Shown here: positions 1-11,987 of the stretch, piece after piece
Position numbering within the stretch: position 1 is the first letter of the stretch
How the letters are laid out: every line of letters starts with the position of its first letter
From: Octopus sinensis
Lineage: Eukaryota
Length of the DNA: 64,000 bases
Reading direction: 5' to 3'
NCBI RefSeq assembly: GCF_006345805.1
Contig: NC_043001.1
Coordinates: 56,730,001-56,794,000 of the forward strand
Program-made: the position numbers and the translations under genes
The notes under the pieces: model-generated
Told to the model about the DNA's origin: nothing
Database searches by the model: none
The model's input: the letters and a program-made list of their open reading frames with translations, nothing else

Positions 1-52
1 GTATTGAAACAGCTAAGTGTTTGTTGTAATGGTGTAACTCAGTGGTTAGGTA

Positions 53-304
53 CAGGGCCAGTGCTTGAAATTGCGGAGCCCTTTTAGAAAATGGTCAGTG
101 GGGGCCTCTGCTCTACAAAAACTGAAGATTGACGTTTTATACTTCGTGTAGTACGCCAGTCCCAGCCAAATACTGTTGAGTGCTTGAGGCCCGACCAATT
201 AACCACAATGATATACGAAAAATTCAATATAGCGTTCTCCGCTTGAGCGTGTTCGCAGAGCCCAATATGGACACATCTGTCTAATTGGTTTAAAACCAGC
301 TCTG
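53..304. mobile_element. hAT-like MITE relic
   Basis: Imperfect terminal inverted repeats CAGGGCCAG.../...CCAGCTCTG. Flanking 8-mers gttaggta (45-52) and gttaggag (305-312) resemble a degenerate 8-bp TSD. Confidence 0.5.
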
Positions 305-1634
305 GTTAGGAGTTGTAATGACAGAGCCCTACAATGGTTGTACTGAAACACCCTAGCAGTTCGTATTGCTATAAGTCAGTAGTGGTTGAAATTGGTTGTA
401 ACGATACAGCTTACGGATAGTTTTAATAAATAAATGAACAGTTATTGAAAGTTGATTTGATGAAATAGCCTTGTGTAAGTGAAATAGTTAAACACGACAA
501 GAATATAAAGAATTCAACTTGCTTTTCTGTTTGTAAAAATAGAAAGACAACAAAATTATAAGTTCAGAATTATTTACCGTTTGTAGTTTTACTGAGGACT
601 ATTGCTGCTGCCACCTACAGTTGCTTCTAAAGAGAGAAAGAGAGATTGAGAGAGAGAGAAAGAGATAGAGGAGAGATAGGGACGGGAAGAGAGAGAGAGG
701 CAGAGCGAGAGAGAAAGAGAGAGTTTACTGAGAGATAGAAGAGAGGGTGAAGATTCAGAATTTATAATTTTTCTTTTTCTTTTTTGTCACTTTATTTTTA
801 TTTTAGTATTTACCGTTTGTAATTTGATTTTCATTTTCAATGTATTCATGCGTATGTATGTTGTGACGTGATACTCATGTAGACCAGAATGTGTAAAGAT
901 ACACAATGCTGGCAAAAAGTCGAAAAGAAATGAATAATTGTTACGATGAACGATACGTCACGGTGAAAGAGTGTTTTTCAATTTGATTAAGAAACCACAT
1001 TTGAAATGACCGTAAATTATAAAAAAATTAGAATGTTAATAATCAGTTGGCTTTAAACGAAAACTTTGCAGAAATAAAAGTTATCTAGATATAACCCTAT
1101 AATATTAAGTTGGCACATCACACAAGCTCATCAACACGAGAACCGTTAGCGACTGACTATACATAGTTGCTATAAGTTAACCGATTTTCAGACAGATCTT
1201 TACTCAAAAAAGACCTAGATTATATCAGCTGCATATTTAGTCTCTCCCTTGGAATCAAGTCACAGGTTCTCTTTAAGAGACAAACAGTGTGCATGACATG
1301 CTCAACAACATCGTCAATTACGTAGATATGTATATAGAAAGAAGGCGAGAAATAAATTAAGAAACAAGCAAACAAAAAAATTTGGTGATAGGAGAAAGAG
1401 AAAATCGAAGAAATGATAAGCTGAAAAGAGAAATAAAAGGGAATATCTAATATGACTTATAAAAAGCTTATTTATTATAAAGAAAACAGGTAAAAATAAA
1501 TCTTAACAACGGAGAGTAGGAAGTATCATGTTGACTTAGGACTGTTTTAGCCTTAGACATAAAATTAGGTAGGTTAGCCGTTATAACGTTCCTACAAATA
1601 AATAGATCGTCAAAATCTGATACATAAGCCATCG

Positions 1635-1959
1635 AAGTACTGATTAAAACCCTCTGTACATCGGGGTATCATTGAGAAGGAAACTGACAGGTATGCCCTC
1701 GGCACTAGGGATTTGTTGATGTCTGCAATTGAGGACGTTATGGTCAACACGAATAAAAATGATACAACCAACACATTTAGTCATTTCAAAAGCTGTATCG
1801 AATCAGTAACCGAAGCTGAAGGTGGTTTTATTGAATAGCCATTAGCTATGTATATGTAAGAATATGTCTACCAAACTCCTTAAATATATTGACTTTTCTA
1901 ATAAATATTTGTTCCTTTTAAATTAAAATTTTGTTCTCAAATAGCTGACGCTTCCTGTA
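1635..1959 (+). mobile_element. Tc1/mariner transposase C-terminal relic with right end
   Basis: Degenerate translation ...LLMSAIEDVMVNTNKN...IESVTEAEGGFIE* is typical of a Tc1/mariner C-terminus. The element ends ...cgcttcctg|TA. Confidence 0.65.
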
Positions 1960-1981
1960 TATGTATGTATATGTGTGTGTA

Positions 1982-2016
<35 letters not shown>

Positions 2017-2039
2017 TTGTGTGTGTTTGTGTGTGTGTA

Positions 2040-2274
2040 TGTATTTCATCTCTTTCAGTAATTAGACCGCGGCCATGCTGGTGCACTGCCTGGAAGAAAT
2101 TTTACTTGAATGAATCAATCTCAGTAATTTTTTAAAAACCAGGTACTTGTTATATCGGAGACTTTTTGCCAAACCACTATTTACTGGAACGTAAACAAAC
2201 CAGCACCAGTTTTCATGTAGTGGTGGGTGGGTGTACAAATACAGATACACACACACATACACTCACATACACAC

Positions 2275-2280
<6 letters not shown>
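2040..2280 (-). mobile_element. SINE family B, 3' fragment
   Basis: Similar to the other copies (gcggccatgctgg...ttttgccaaacc...gtaaacaaaccagcacc). Confidence 0.65.
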
Positions 2281-2323
<43 letters not shown>

Positions 2324-2388
2324 TATAGATATTTAGCAGAGTGACCCAAGAGCTAACAACTTTGTGCGTTACCACTTGGGTCACTCTG

Positions 2389-2431
<43 letters not shown>

Positions 2432-2512
2432 TATATATATATAATATATATATATATTATATATATATGATGTCTGTAGATGTATACATTATTATACATA
2501 TGTTATATATAT

Positions 2513-2523
2513 ATATACATACA

Positions 2524-2555
<32 letters not shown>

Positions 2556-2726
2556 CACATGCATACATAGTTATATACGTAGGTACGCACGCACACACGC
2601 ACGTACTAACGTATGTATGTATGTATGTATGTATGTATGTATGTATGAATATATATATATATATACTGTGATCTTACCCAAAATGCTGAGAAGCGCCATG
2701 CATTATACATATATATATATATATAT
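2513..2726 (+). repeat. Left arm of a ~210-bp inverted repeat flanking the tandem array
   Basis: 2665-2710 (actgtgatcttacccaaaatgctgagaagcgccatgcattatacat) is the exact reverse complement of 5109-5154. 2559-2615 matches 5220-5276 with about 3 mismatches. Confidence 0.9.
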
Positions 2727-3389
2727 TTGTCCATGTTGTATTTTTCTACATACCTTAACATATATTCCAGGCGCCCCGTACCCCCTTTATCATTAATGTG
2801 AACACATATTCTTAATAATTGGTACGACTCTCTGTTTGTCTCTCTCTCTCTCTCATTTTTACTTTCTCTCTATTCATCTTCTCTTTCCTCTGATCCTTTG
2901 GTCTAGTCTTCCACTACCCTCCTATTTCTTTGTCTCGCTCTGCACTCACAGGTCATTCTTCGACACCCATCCCTTCTCCTCTCTGATTCCTTCTTTCTCT
3001 CTCTTCTCTCTCTTTGTTGCGTTTTGTCCCCCTTTTCTCTCTCTCTCTTTCTTTTCTTTTCCCTCTTCTCTGTCACGTGACTGTTGGCCGAAATCTGCCT
3101 TTCAGCTCCTGACCCTCGTCGTGTTAACATCGTTGTTCTTCGTCCGCCGCTATAAAAGCTTTTTCCAATGCGCCAGAGAAAAAAATTGTTTGCTTGTTAT
3201 CAGTCGTAAGACACTTGTTGTTTTCACCGTTAATGCTTCTGTATTTCATGTTTCTGTATTCCATTATTGTTTTTTGTTTTTTTTATATCTGTCCCTTTTG
3301 CTGTCCTGGTGTTCGTATGCATTCGATCCTTCTTCCAGGAAATCTACGCTTCCAGCTTAGTTTTTCTTGGAGGGGGCCGTGCCGTGATC

Positions 3390-3452
3390 TAGTAATCTCA
3401 AGATTAATCAGCCGAAATTACTACGATGATCCGGTTCTTGACTGAAGACTGA
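3390..3452 (+). ncRNA. Candidate non-circularly permuted hammerhead ribozyme, copy 1
   Basis: TAGTAAT-C-TCAAGA..TCAG-cc-GAA-ATTACTA..TCTTGA-CTGAAGA-CTGA gives stem III of 7 bp, stem I of 6 bp, stem II of 4 bp and an AUC triplet (cut after 3397). Confidence 0.65.
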
Positions 3453-4165
3453 GGGGTTCGAATGTCCTGTCCATGTTTATTGTATCGTCTTCTATGAGTT
3501 ATACGTTCTTGTCCATGTTGTATTTTTCTACATACCTTAACATATATTCCAGGCGCCCCGTACCCCCTTATCATTAATGTGAACACATATTCTTAATAAT
3601 TGGTACGACTCTCTGTTTGTCTCTCTCTCTCTCATTTTTACTTTCTCTCTATTCATCTTCTCTTTCCTCTGATCCTTTGGTCTAGTCTTCCACTACCACC
3701 TCCTATTTCTTTGTCTCGCTCTGCACTCACAGGTCATTCTTCGACACCCATCCCTTCTCCTCTCTGATTCCTTCTTTCTCTCTCTTCTCTCTCTTTGTTG
3801 CGTTTTGTCCCCCTTTTCTCTCTCTCTCTTCTTTTCTTTTCCCTCTTCTCTGTCACGTGACTGTTGGCCGAAATCTGCCTTTCAGCTCCTGACCTCGTCG
3901 TGTTAACATCGTTGTTCTTCGTCCGCCGCTATAAAGGCTTTTTCCAATGCGCCAGAGAAAAAATTTGTTTGCTTGTTATCAGTCGCAAGACACTTGTTGT
4001 TTTCACCGTTAATGCTTCTGTATTTCATGTTTCTGTATTCCATTATTGTTTTTTGTTTTTTTTATATCTGTCCCTTTTGCTGTCCTGGTGTTCGTATGCA
4101 TTCGATCCTTCTTCCAGGAAATCTACGCTTCCAGCTTAGTTTTTCTTGGAGGGCTGGCCGTGATC

Positions 4166-4228
4166 TAGTAATCTCAAGATTAATCAGCCGAAATTACTAC
4201 GATGATCCGGTTCTTGACTGAAGACTGA
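4166..4228 (+). ncRNA. Candidate non-circularly permuted hammerhead ribozyme, copy 2
   Basis: Identical to copy 1; predicted cut after 4173. Confidence 0.65.
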
Positions 4229-4934
4229 GGGGTTCGAATGTCCTGTCCATGTTTATTGTATCGTCTTCTATGAGTTATACGTTTTGTCCATGTTGTATTT
4301 TTCTACATACCTTAACATATATTCCAGGCGCCCCGTACCCCCTTTATCATTAATGTGAACACATATTCTTAATAATTGGTACGACTCTGTTTGTCTCTCT
4401 CTCCTTCATTTTTACTTTCTCTCTATTCATCTTCTCTTTCTCTGATCCTTTGGTCTAGTCTTCCACTACCCTCCTATTTCTTTGTCTCGCTCTGCACTCA
4501 CAGGTCATTCTTCGACACCCATCCCTTCTCCTCTCTGATTCCTTCTTTCTCTCTTTCTCTCTCTTTGTTGCGTTTTGTCCCCCTTTTCTCTCTCTCTTCT
4601 TTTCTTTTCCCTCTTCTCTGTCACGTGACTGTTGGCCGAAATCTGCCTTTCAGCTCCTGACCCTCGTCGTGTTAACATCGTTGTTCTTCGTCCGCCGCTA
4701 TAAAGGCTTTTTCCAATGCGCCAGAGAAAAAAATTGTTTGTTTGTTATCAGTCGTAAGACACTTGTTGTTTTCACCGTTAATGCTTCTGTATTTCATGTT
4801 TCTGTATTCCATTATTGTTTTTTGTTTTTTTTATATCTGTCCCTTTTGCTGTCCTGGTGTTCGTATGCATTCGATCCTTCCTCCAGGAAATCTACGCTTC
4901 CAGGTTAGTTTTTCTTGGAGGGCTGGCCGTGATC

Positions 4935-4997
4935 TAGTAATCTCAAGATTAATCAGCCGAAATTACTACGATGATCCGGTTCTTGACTGAAGACTGA
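4935..4997 (+). ncRNA. Candidate non-circularly permuted hammerhead ribozyme, copy 3
   Basis: Identical to copy 1; predicted cut after 4942. Confidence 0.65.
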
Positions 4998-5085
4998 GGG
5001 GTTCGAATGTCCTGTCCATGTTTATTGTATCGTCTTCTATGAGTTATACGTTCTTGTCCATGTTGTATTTTTCTACATACCTTAA

Positions 5086-5301
5086 TATATATATATATAT
5101 ATATATATATGTATAATGCATGGCGCTTCTCAGCATTTTGGGTAAGATCACAGTATATATATATATATATTCATACATACATACATACATACATACATAC
5201 ATACATACATACATACATACATACGTATGTACGTGCGTGTGTGCGTGCGTACCTACGTATATAACTATATATGCATGTATGTATGTATGTATGTATGTAT
5301 G
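5086..5301 (-). repeat. Right arm of the inverted repeat flanking the tandem array
   Basis: Reverse complement of ~2513-2726. Confidence 0.9.
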
Positions 5302-5855
5302 TAAGTCAGGTCACTTTCGAGTGCTACTGGTAATATGTAACCCAGTACAACCTGTTGCATCGTCGGGTCGTCGGTGACTAAACCGGCAACCCCACCAAGC
5401 TTGCTTGGTGAGGAGGGTGTTTATTGGACACCCTGCAGGATGAAAAACAAAACCCGCCAAAGGGCAGAGGAACTCTTGAGAGTGAACGGCCATCCAATAA
5501 ATGTCTGTATCATGCGCGGGGATATAGAAATAATCGGACTGAATACCCGATCGCGCGGTTAAACCATTGGGAGTGAAGGACTCCTAGCCTTTGTTAGGAC
5601 ATCCTTCTAGGAGAAGGTAACTCAGTTAACTGGGATAACTCCGATATAAAACTTGCGGCTGAGTGGTTACCGATGATATTGACTTGTTCTTCTTTTCGGA
5701 TTATGGCTGCTGTTGCTTAGTGAGTGGGGTTGACTCAGTGCACAGCCTTTCCTCCCTTTAAAAAAAATCTTCTTGCACAGGCATTGCACGATAACAACAT
5801 TGATTAAGCTTTCTGCAATGGCCATACTCGATAACGAAGGGGTAGCCACCACCAT
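5302..5855 (+). mobile_element. Non-coding element resembling an RTE-type LINE 5' UTR, embedded in (ATGT)n
   Basis: GC-richer block with RTE 5'UTR-like motifs (ggcaacccc, ctaggagaaggtaactc) and (atgt)n on both sides. Confidence 0.45.
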
Positions 5856-5856
5856 G

Positions 5857-5890
<34 letters not shown>

Positions 5891-6424
5891 TGTATGTTGT
5901 ATGTATGTATGTACGTATGCATGCATGTATATGTATATATGATGAGAGATACATAAATAGTATATTGGCGACCAGAGCGTTTGTTTACAGTGAAATATTC
6001 TATATTTAATACTACAATAAATACTATTAAATCGAGCCAACAAAGTAATAGAATTTTGTCTGTCTGTTTCTTTGTACTCTGACTTTCTAGAAAAAAAGAA
6101 TATTCAGTTGTTTTCCGCATAACACTGCAATCCCAACAAAGCAGCCAATATGTGGCTTTTTTTCTGCTAGAAATAATAGCCAAATATCCATCCTTAAAGA
6201 ATACGTATTGGTTGATAAGATTGTATTTACAGTGTTGAAAAAGTAAGAAGTAAAACAGGACGTATACGGCTCTGCTGCCGTTTGATCACAGGTCTTTATG
6301 TACAATGCTGACCTGGGAATAAACAGTTGCACCGACTGTTTATTTCAAATTTTGTCACAGAGCCAGAAATTTCGGGGAAGGGGATAAATCGGTTTCACCG
6401 AGCGCAATGTTTCGACTATATTAG

Positions 6425-6635
6425 TTTCAAATTTTGGCACAAGGCCAGCAAATTCGTTGTAGGGGCCAATTGACTATATCTACTCCAGTAATCAACTGGT
6501 ACTTATTTCATCGATCCCGAAATAATGAAAGGCGAAGTTGACCTCGGCGGAATTTGAACTCAAACGAAAAGACTGACGAAGTGCCGCAGAGCATTTTGCC
6601 TGGTGTGGTAACGAGTCTGCCAACTCGTCGCCTTG
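6425..6635 (-). mobile_element. tRNA-derived SINE family A
   Basis: Reverse complement of the ggcgagctggcagaa...gagttcaaattccgccgaggtcgactttgcctttcat consensus seen at 29615 and 45732. Confidence 0.8.
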
Positions 6636-8270
6636 GGTTAGAAGTAATATTAATATCATTTATGTTGAAGATTGTAGAAGTGATGGTCGTAGACATATCA
6701 ATACTATTGCTTTCGCTGCTTATGAATATATTGCCGTTGTTGTTGCTGCTGCTGTTGTTGTTGTTAAGCAACAAGACGAGTAAGGGTGATTAGGTGATGG
6801 TCTAGGGTTTAGGGGCGGGAGAGACCAAACCTTGGAAAAAAAACTTCGGTCGTCTTTTTGTAGTCGAGGCCTCTTCGTTGACGCCCGACACCACTGGGAG
6901 GTGGCCCTCGAAGTCGCTGGAAATGGAGATCTCCAGGTCCAAATTCTTAAACGGCTATTGTTGCTGCTGACGCGGCAGCGGCGGCGATTTCGTGGTAGTG
7001 GGGTATTTAGCTTCATGCCAGGATCAATCGGGTAGATGAGATGAGATTTTTTATAAGATTCTACCATTGATGCTCACAAATCGATTCAAAATTTAATTGT
7101 TATTTCATGAATTCCTTTTTGTTATTGATATTTTGGTCCGAATGACTACACTTGCAGCCAATGACTTTCCGTTTATATAACCAGCACGTTTTAATGTTTA
7201 TTGAATTGAATGTGACTTTCTATCTTTTAAGACTGTAAAGCTATTGTTGCTGTTCAGAATAATGACTGCTTCAATCAAAAGCTTTTTAGCCTTGATCCTG
7301 TATTTTCTTTTTCGAGGCGTATAGGACCTCATTATCGAATATGTCAATCGAATTTAATTTGACGGTGTTTATATAACTCTATCTAGCAAGTGGAGCAACC
7401 ATGAAGATGATGTTATCCTTGAGATAGTGTTAATGCTTATTTTTGTTACTATCATGGTGATCGTTAAACAGTGATAGGACAGACCAATGACATGATAAAA
7501 GCCAGCCATACGATGATTCAAGATCCATAAATTGATTGTCCACGATAAATCACAAAGTGAATGACTACGAAAAGCCCATCCTCTCAACATAGGTTTTAGT
7601 AAATGACCTATGATCAAAAGCATTCCAGACATAACCGCCCTATTTTTTTCTTTTCTTTTTTTTTTTAGGGGTATGCAGATATATTTTATATTGAAATCAT
7701 CAATTCACTCTACAATCACATTTCGAAATCAAACGTTTGGATTACAAATGCAAATATCTCATGAATAACTATAGATCTCAATTATCCTGACTCTCTCATA
7801 TATCGTCCACTTCACCACTCGACTAAATATCCAACAATATCAAAACAGACATATGAAACTGATTAGCTTAAAAATAAAGTAAAAAGAGCATTTCCCGACG
7901 TTTGCTGAAGAGAACTCATCGTCGTTATCCACCTGAGTAATCAAAGGTGTTCAACAACTTTAAATATCCCCCTACAATTATATACAAGAGTGTATATATC
8001 ATGCACCTTATAGACACAGATACACAGCTAAATAAGTACACTCAGACACTCACACAGACACACACACACACACACATACACACATATATATGCATGTATG
8101 AACGTGTGTACGTATGTATACATGTATATATATATATGTGTGTGTGTATGTGTATATATATATATATATATCCATATTTACTTACAAACATAGATGTATA
8201 CATACATATTTATATGAGTGTATATATGAGTGTATGTATGCATCTGTACATCTATGTACATGTATGTATG

Positions 8271-8333
<63 letters not shown>

Positions 8334-10339
8334 GTATGTATGTATATCCAACAGATGAATTAAGGATTACACCAAGCATAACGATAGGTTTCTCGAAACA
8401 TTTACTCTTTTATAGAAGCCTATCTTTCTCCTGGGACATTTATTTGCTGCTATAGCTATATATTTAAATACAGCGAAAACTGCAATAAGCAGACAAAATT
8501 TAATTTATACTCTGAAGAATCCCTAAAGATTTGCGAAGCATTTTAGTCATCAAAATTTGCTTACCACTTGATAGACAAGCTACCCTTCTGATTCTACTTC
8601 CAGCCCTGTTTGAACTTGTGTCACGTTATGTTCATTCCCCGAGCGGTTATTTTTATAACTGTAACATCCACAGTTACGTTGAACCCATTGCTGTATTGTT
8701 AATTTATTTCACCGTTATAGATTTCCTTATAGCCGTCTTCTATTTTTTGCTTCACTTCGCCAGGTCTTTATCCCAGTGGACCATTCATCTATCATATATC
8801 TTCTCACCAATCATAATCAAAACAAACCTGTGACTTTTTTCAATAAGCGTATGCTTGTATGAGTATGTGTGTGGTGTGTGTGGATATGTGTGTGTGTATG
8901 TGTGTGTGCGTACGTGTGTGCATGTACATGTCTGAGTGTGTATTTAGCATGAGTGTTTCATACGCAAGTGTATGTTTCAGTTGTTTGAGACTATTGCTTG
9001 AGTGTGTGCCTCTTGAATTTCTTTTAAAATGAATAAGTATTTCTTTCCCTGAATATCTGTGTCTATTGATGTATGTATTAGGAAATATACATTTTATACA
9101 TTACTGTCTATATATTTAGATTAAAATATTAATGTACACATTCTCTCACCAGGGGTTTGCAAAATTAACTCGTGCACGCTGATATATTTCTCCAATAAGC
9201 ACCGATACGTGCAGACACACACACATTGTGCAGTTATATTATATGACACAGCTATATATATGATTACACACACACTACACACGACTAGCATCTTGTTAAA
9301 TTTCTTCCAACTACTTGAAGATTTTTCAAATTTTTACCAAATTATTTAAAAAAAAATGTAGTTCTGATCTTGTTTCGCATGCTGATAAGGAAAATCATAT
9401 TCATTTTTTGCTAAGAATTATCAATAAAGAATTTACAATGATTTTTAAAATTATAAAATTTTAACCAATCGGTAGGCTTCATCGCTGGACAAACTGGAAA
9501 TCGTGACTATCTGTTTCCACATGGGATCTTTACGTACTCTCCTGGTCTGCTAGATATAGCAGTGAAATCTTTCTTAACCTATATCATAACGTTTAACAAG
9601 AAAGAAAGAAACAAAATAAAAACAAACAAACAAAAACGGTGATGGTACCACTGCACCGTTTATTTCCTCGCTTGACAAAGATCTGATGGGGGTTATTAAT
9701 AACTTTTATACTAAAGTCAGTCTCCACGGCCTTTAAAACACCTACCGAACGCTACAGATCGATTTTAGATGTTTCTCTTTTCTTATGATAAGATTTTTTT
9801 CTGCAGCTTCAGCTCAGAGCTGCGGCCATACTGACGCACCGCCGTTAGATTGGGGACAAAGTTTAAAAGAAAAAGAAAGCGGGGGTAGTGGTGGCGGAGA
9901 AAGAATTGGTTACCAATGATGTCATTGTATGAAGTGTAGTGTTGATGACAATGATGATGATAAGGGAGAGGACGAGAAGGAAGGCGGTGGGAGGAGAAAG
10001 CAGAGGAGGGAGGAGAATGGTGCTGATGGTATTTTTTCTTCGCCACCAAATCTTATCAAACAATTTTACTATAACAAAAGTGGAAGTGCATTTAAATCTT
10101 ATACTTGCAGCTGAAGACCAAACTCTTCTCTTCCAATTTTGTGAAATGAAACATCTACAAAATTTCTGACGCCCAGTAATGCAAAATATGTGAAAAAAAG
10201 TATGGAGTGTAACCCACTTGCTATGGATGTGAGAACCATGTACTAAATGAATGCAAGCGTCGCTGTGATAAAGTCTGTTTGTATCTTTATTGTCTTTTAT
10301 GTGGTAAGTACCAATACGAAGAAATGGAAGACAGGTAAT

Positions 10340-10735
10340 AAGTACATGCCTAGTGAAAAAGATGGGACAGCAACGATATGCTGGGATTATGACTTTCGGA
10401 CTGATAGACTCGCTAACCGGGCATTGTCGTATTGAACAAGAAAGACATATACTGTCAGATCATAGACGTAGCCATACCAAATAACGTGAATAGTGCGAGT
10501 GAAGAGGTTTAAAAGCCACCAAGTACTCCGACTTGAACGTGGTGATGTCAAGATCGTTTGGAATGCGAAAAAGTAAAGTAAAAGTGATGCCAGTTGTGAT
10601 ATGGACAAAATGGTTAATCCCATTGAAACTTCAAGACTTCTTAAAGCTCTTGAGAATGCCATGCAAGATTAGTGCCACACTGCGCACATTTTAAGGAAAC
10701 TACTATCTATCTAAAGTCCTTGTAACCTGACCGAT
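10340..10735 (+). pseudogene. REL-endonuclease 3' fragment of an R4/Hero-type LINE
   Basis: Translation TICWDYDFRTDRL.ANR (ILWD..D..N.PD motif region), followed by degenerate C-terminal sequence. Confidence 0.55.
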
Positions 10736-10784
10736 GAATAAATACTCCGGTGCATTTTCCAGCTACACTGTATAACAATACTCT

Positions 10785-11153
10785 TTTACTCCCTTTTACT
10801 TATTTCAGTCATTTGACTGCATCCATGCTGGAGCACCGCCTTTAGTCGAGCAAATCGACCCCAGGACTTATTCTTTGTAAGCCTAGTACTTATTCTATCG
10901 GTATCTTTTGTCGAACCACAAGATTAACGGGAAGTAAACACACCATCATATCGGTTGACAAGCGATGTTGCGGGGACAAACACAGACACACAAACACACA
11001 CACACACATCCATATATACGACGGGATTCTTTCAGTTTCCGTTGGTCGGCCCGAAGCTATAGTAGAAGACACTTGCCCAAGGTGCAACGCAGTGGGACTA
11101 AACCCGGAACCATGTGGTTGGCAAGCAAGCTACTTACCCCAGAGCCACTCCTA
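10785..11153 (-). mobile_element. tRNA-derived SINE family B
   Basis: On the minus strand, head ggagtggct...ggttccgggtttagtcccactgcg then ccttgggcaagtgtcttctactatagc, an internal (CA)n tract and an (agtaaaag) tail. Confidence 0.85.
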
Positions 11154-11402
11154 CGTTGATAAAATTTTCTGATATAGGCAAGCTTTTCATCAACCCCGAA
11201 AGGATGAAAGGCAAAATTGACGGGATTTGAAATTAATACGTAAAGAAGAGTGAAATGCTACTACGCATTTTCGGCGTGTTAACGATTCTGCCTACTTGTC
11301 GCCTTAACACCGCCGCCGCCATCATCACTACCAGCACTACCACCAGCACCACTAGCACCACCACTACCAGCTCTGCTACGAGCGCCACCAGCACCACCAC
11401 CA

Positions 11403-11785
11403 CAGTCCCAAATGATGAAGTCAGCATGAGAGATACAGAAAAAATAGTAAAGTACCAGGACCTAGCTATTGAATTACAGAATCTATGGGATATGCGGGTA
11501 AAATGTATCCCAGTAGTTATAAGTGCATTGGGAACTATCCCTAAAGATCTGAACAGATGGATAGAGGAAGCAGGCATAAAACCCAGTTTAGTATAGCTCC
11601 AGAAAACGGTGTTTTTAAGGGACAGTTATGATACTTAGGAGGGTTCTTGACATCTAAGGTTACTTATGTAGCCCGATAGGCGGGTTCTTGGCATCTAAGT
11701 TTACTTGTTGTAGCCCGATGTTAGGATTTGTCCTTTTCCAACAGTCTAATCTGTTGAGTGTATATGAAAACAATAATAATAATAA
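11403..11785 (+). pseudogene. REL-endonuclease C-terminus and 3' UTR of an R4/Hero-type LINE with (TAA)n tail
   Basis: PNDEVSMRDTEKIVKYQDLAIELQNLWDMRVKCIPVVISALGTIPKDL carries the K..KY.DL and P.V.GALG motifs. Confidence 0.8.
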
Positions 11786-11789
11786 TCCT

Positions 11790-11987
11790 TTCTACTCTAG
11801 GTAGAAGGCCTGAAATTTGTGCGGAGCGGGTAAATCGATCATATCGATCCCAATATTTGACTGGTACTTAATTTATCGACCCCGAAAGAATGAAAGGCAA
11901 AGCCGACCTCAGCGGAATTTGAACTTTGAGCGTAGCAGTAGACGAAATACCACCCAGCGTGCTAACGATTGTGCCAGCTCGCCGTCT
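11790..11987 (-). mobile_element. SINE family A
   Basis: Reverse complement matches the family A consensus. Confidence 0.8.

Larger units (their letters stand above)
2727..5085 (+). mobile_element. Tandem array of a non-coding ~775-bp unit (2727-3508, 3509-4283, 4284-5053, plus 32-bp partial 5054-5085); retrozyme/PLE pLTR-like
   Basis: Near-identical direct repeats, each starting ttgtccatgttgtatttttctacataccttaa. The array sits in (TA)n, has no credible ORF, and each unit has an HHR-like motif. Confidence 0.85.

Noticed and set aside
2836-4990. ORFs of 80-174 aa inside the tandem units
   Set aside because: They are low-complexity F/L/S-rich translations, frames shift between units, and no domain motifs are present.
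2727-5085. CRISPR-like array
   Set aside because: These are whole-unit tandem repeats with no unique spacers, in a eukaryotic context.
8505-8550. CTGAAGA...GAAG motif
   Set aside because: No GAAA and no convincing stems.
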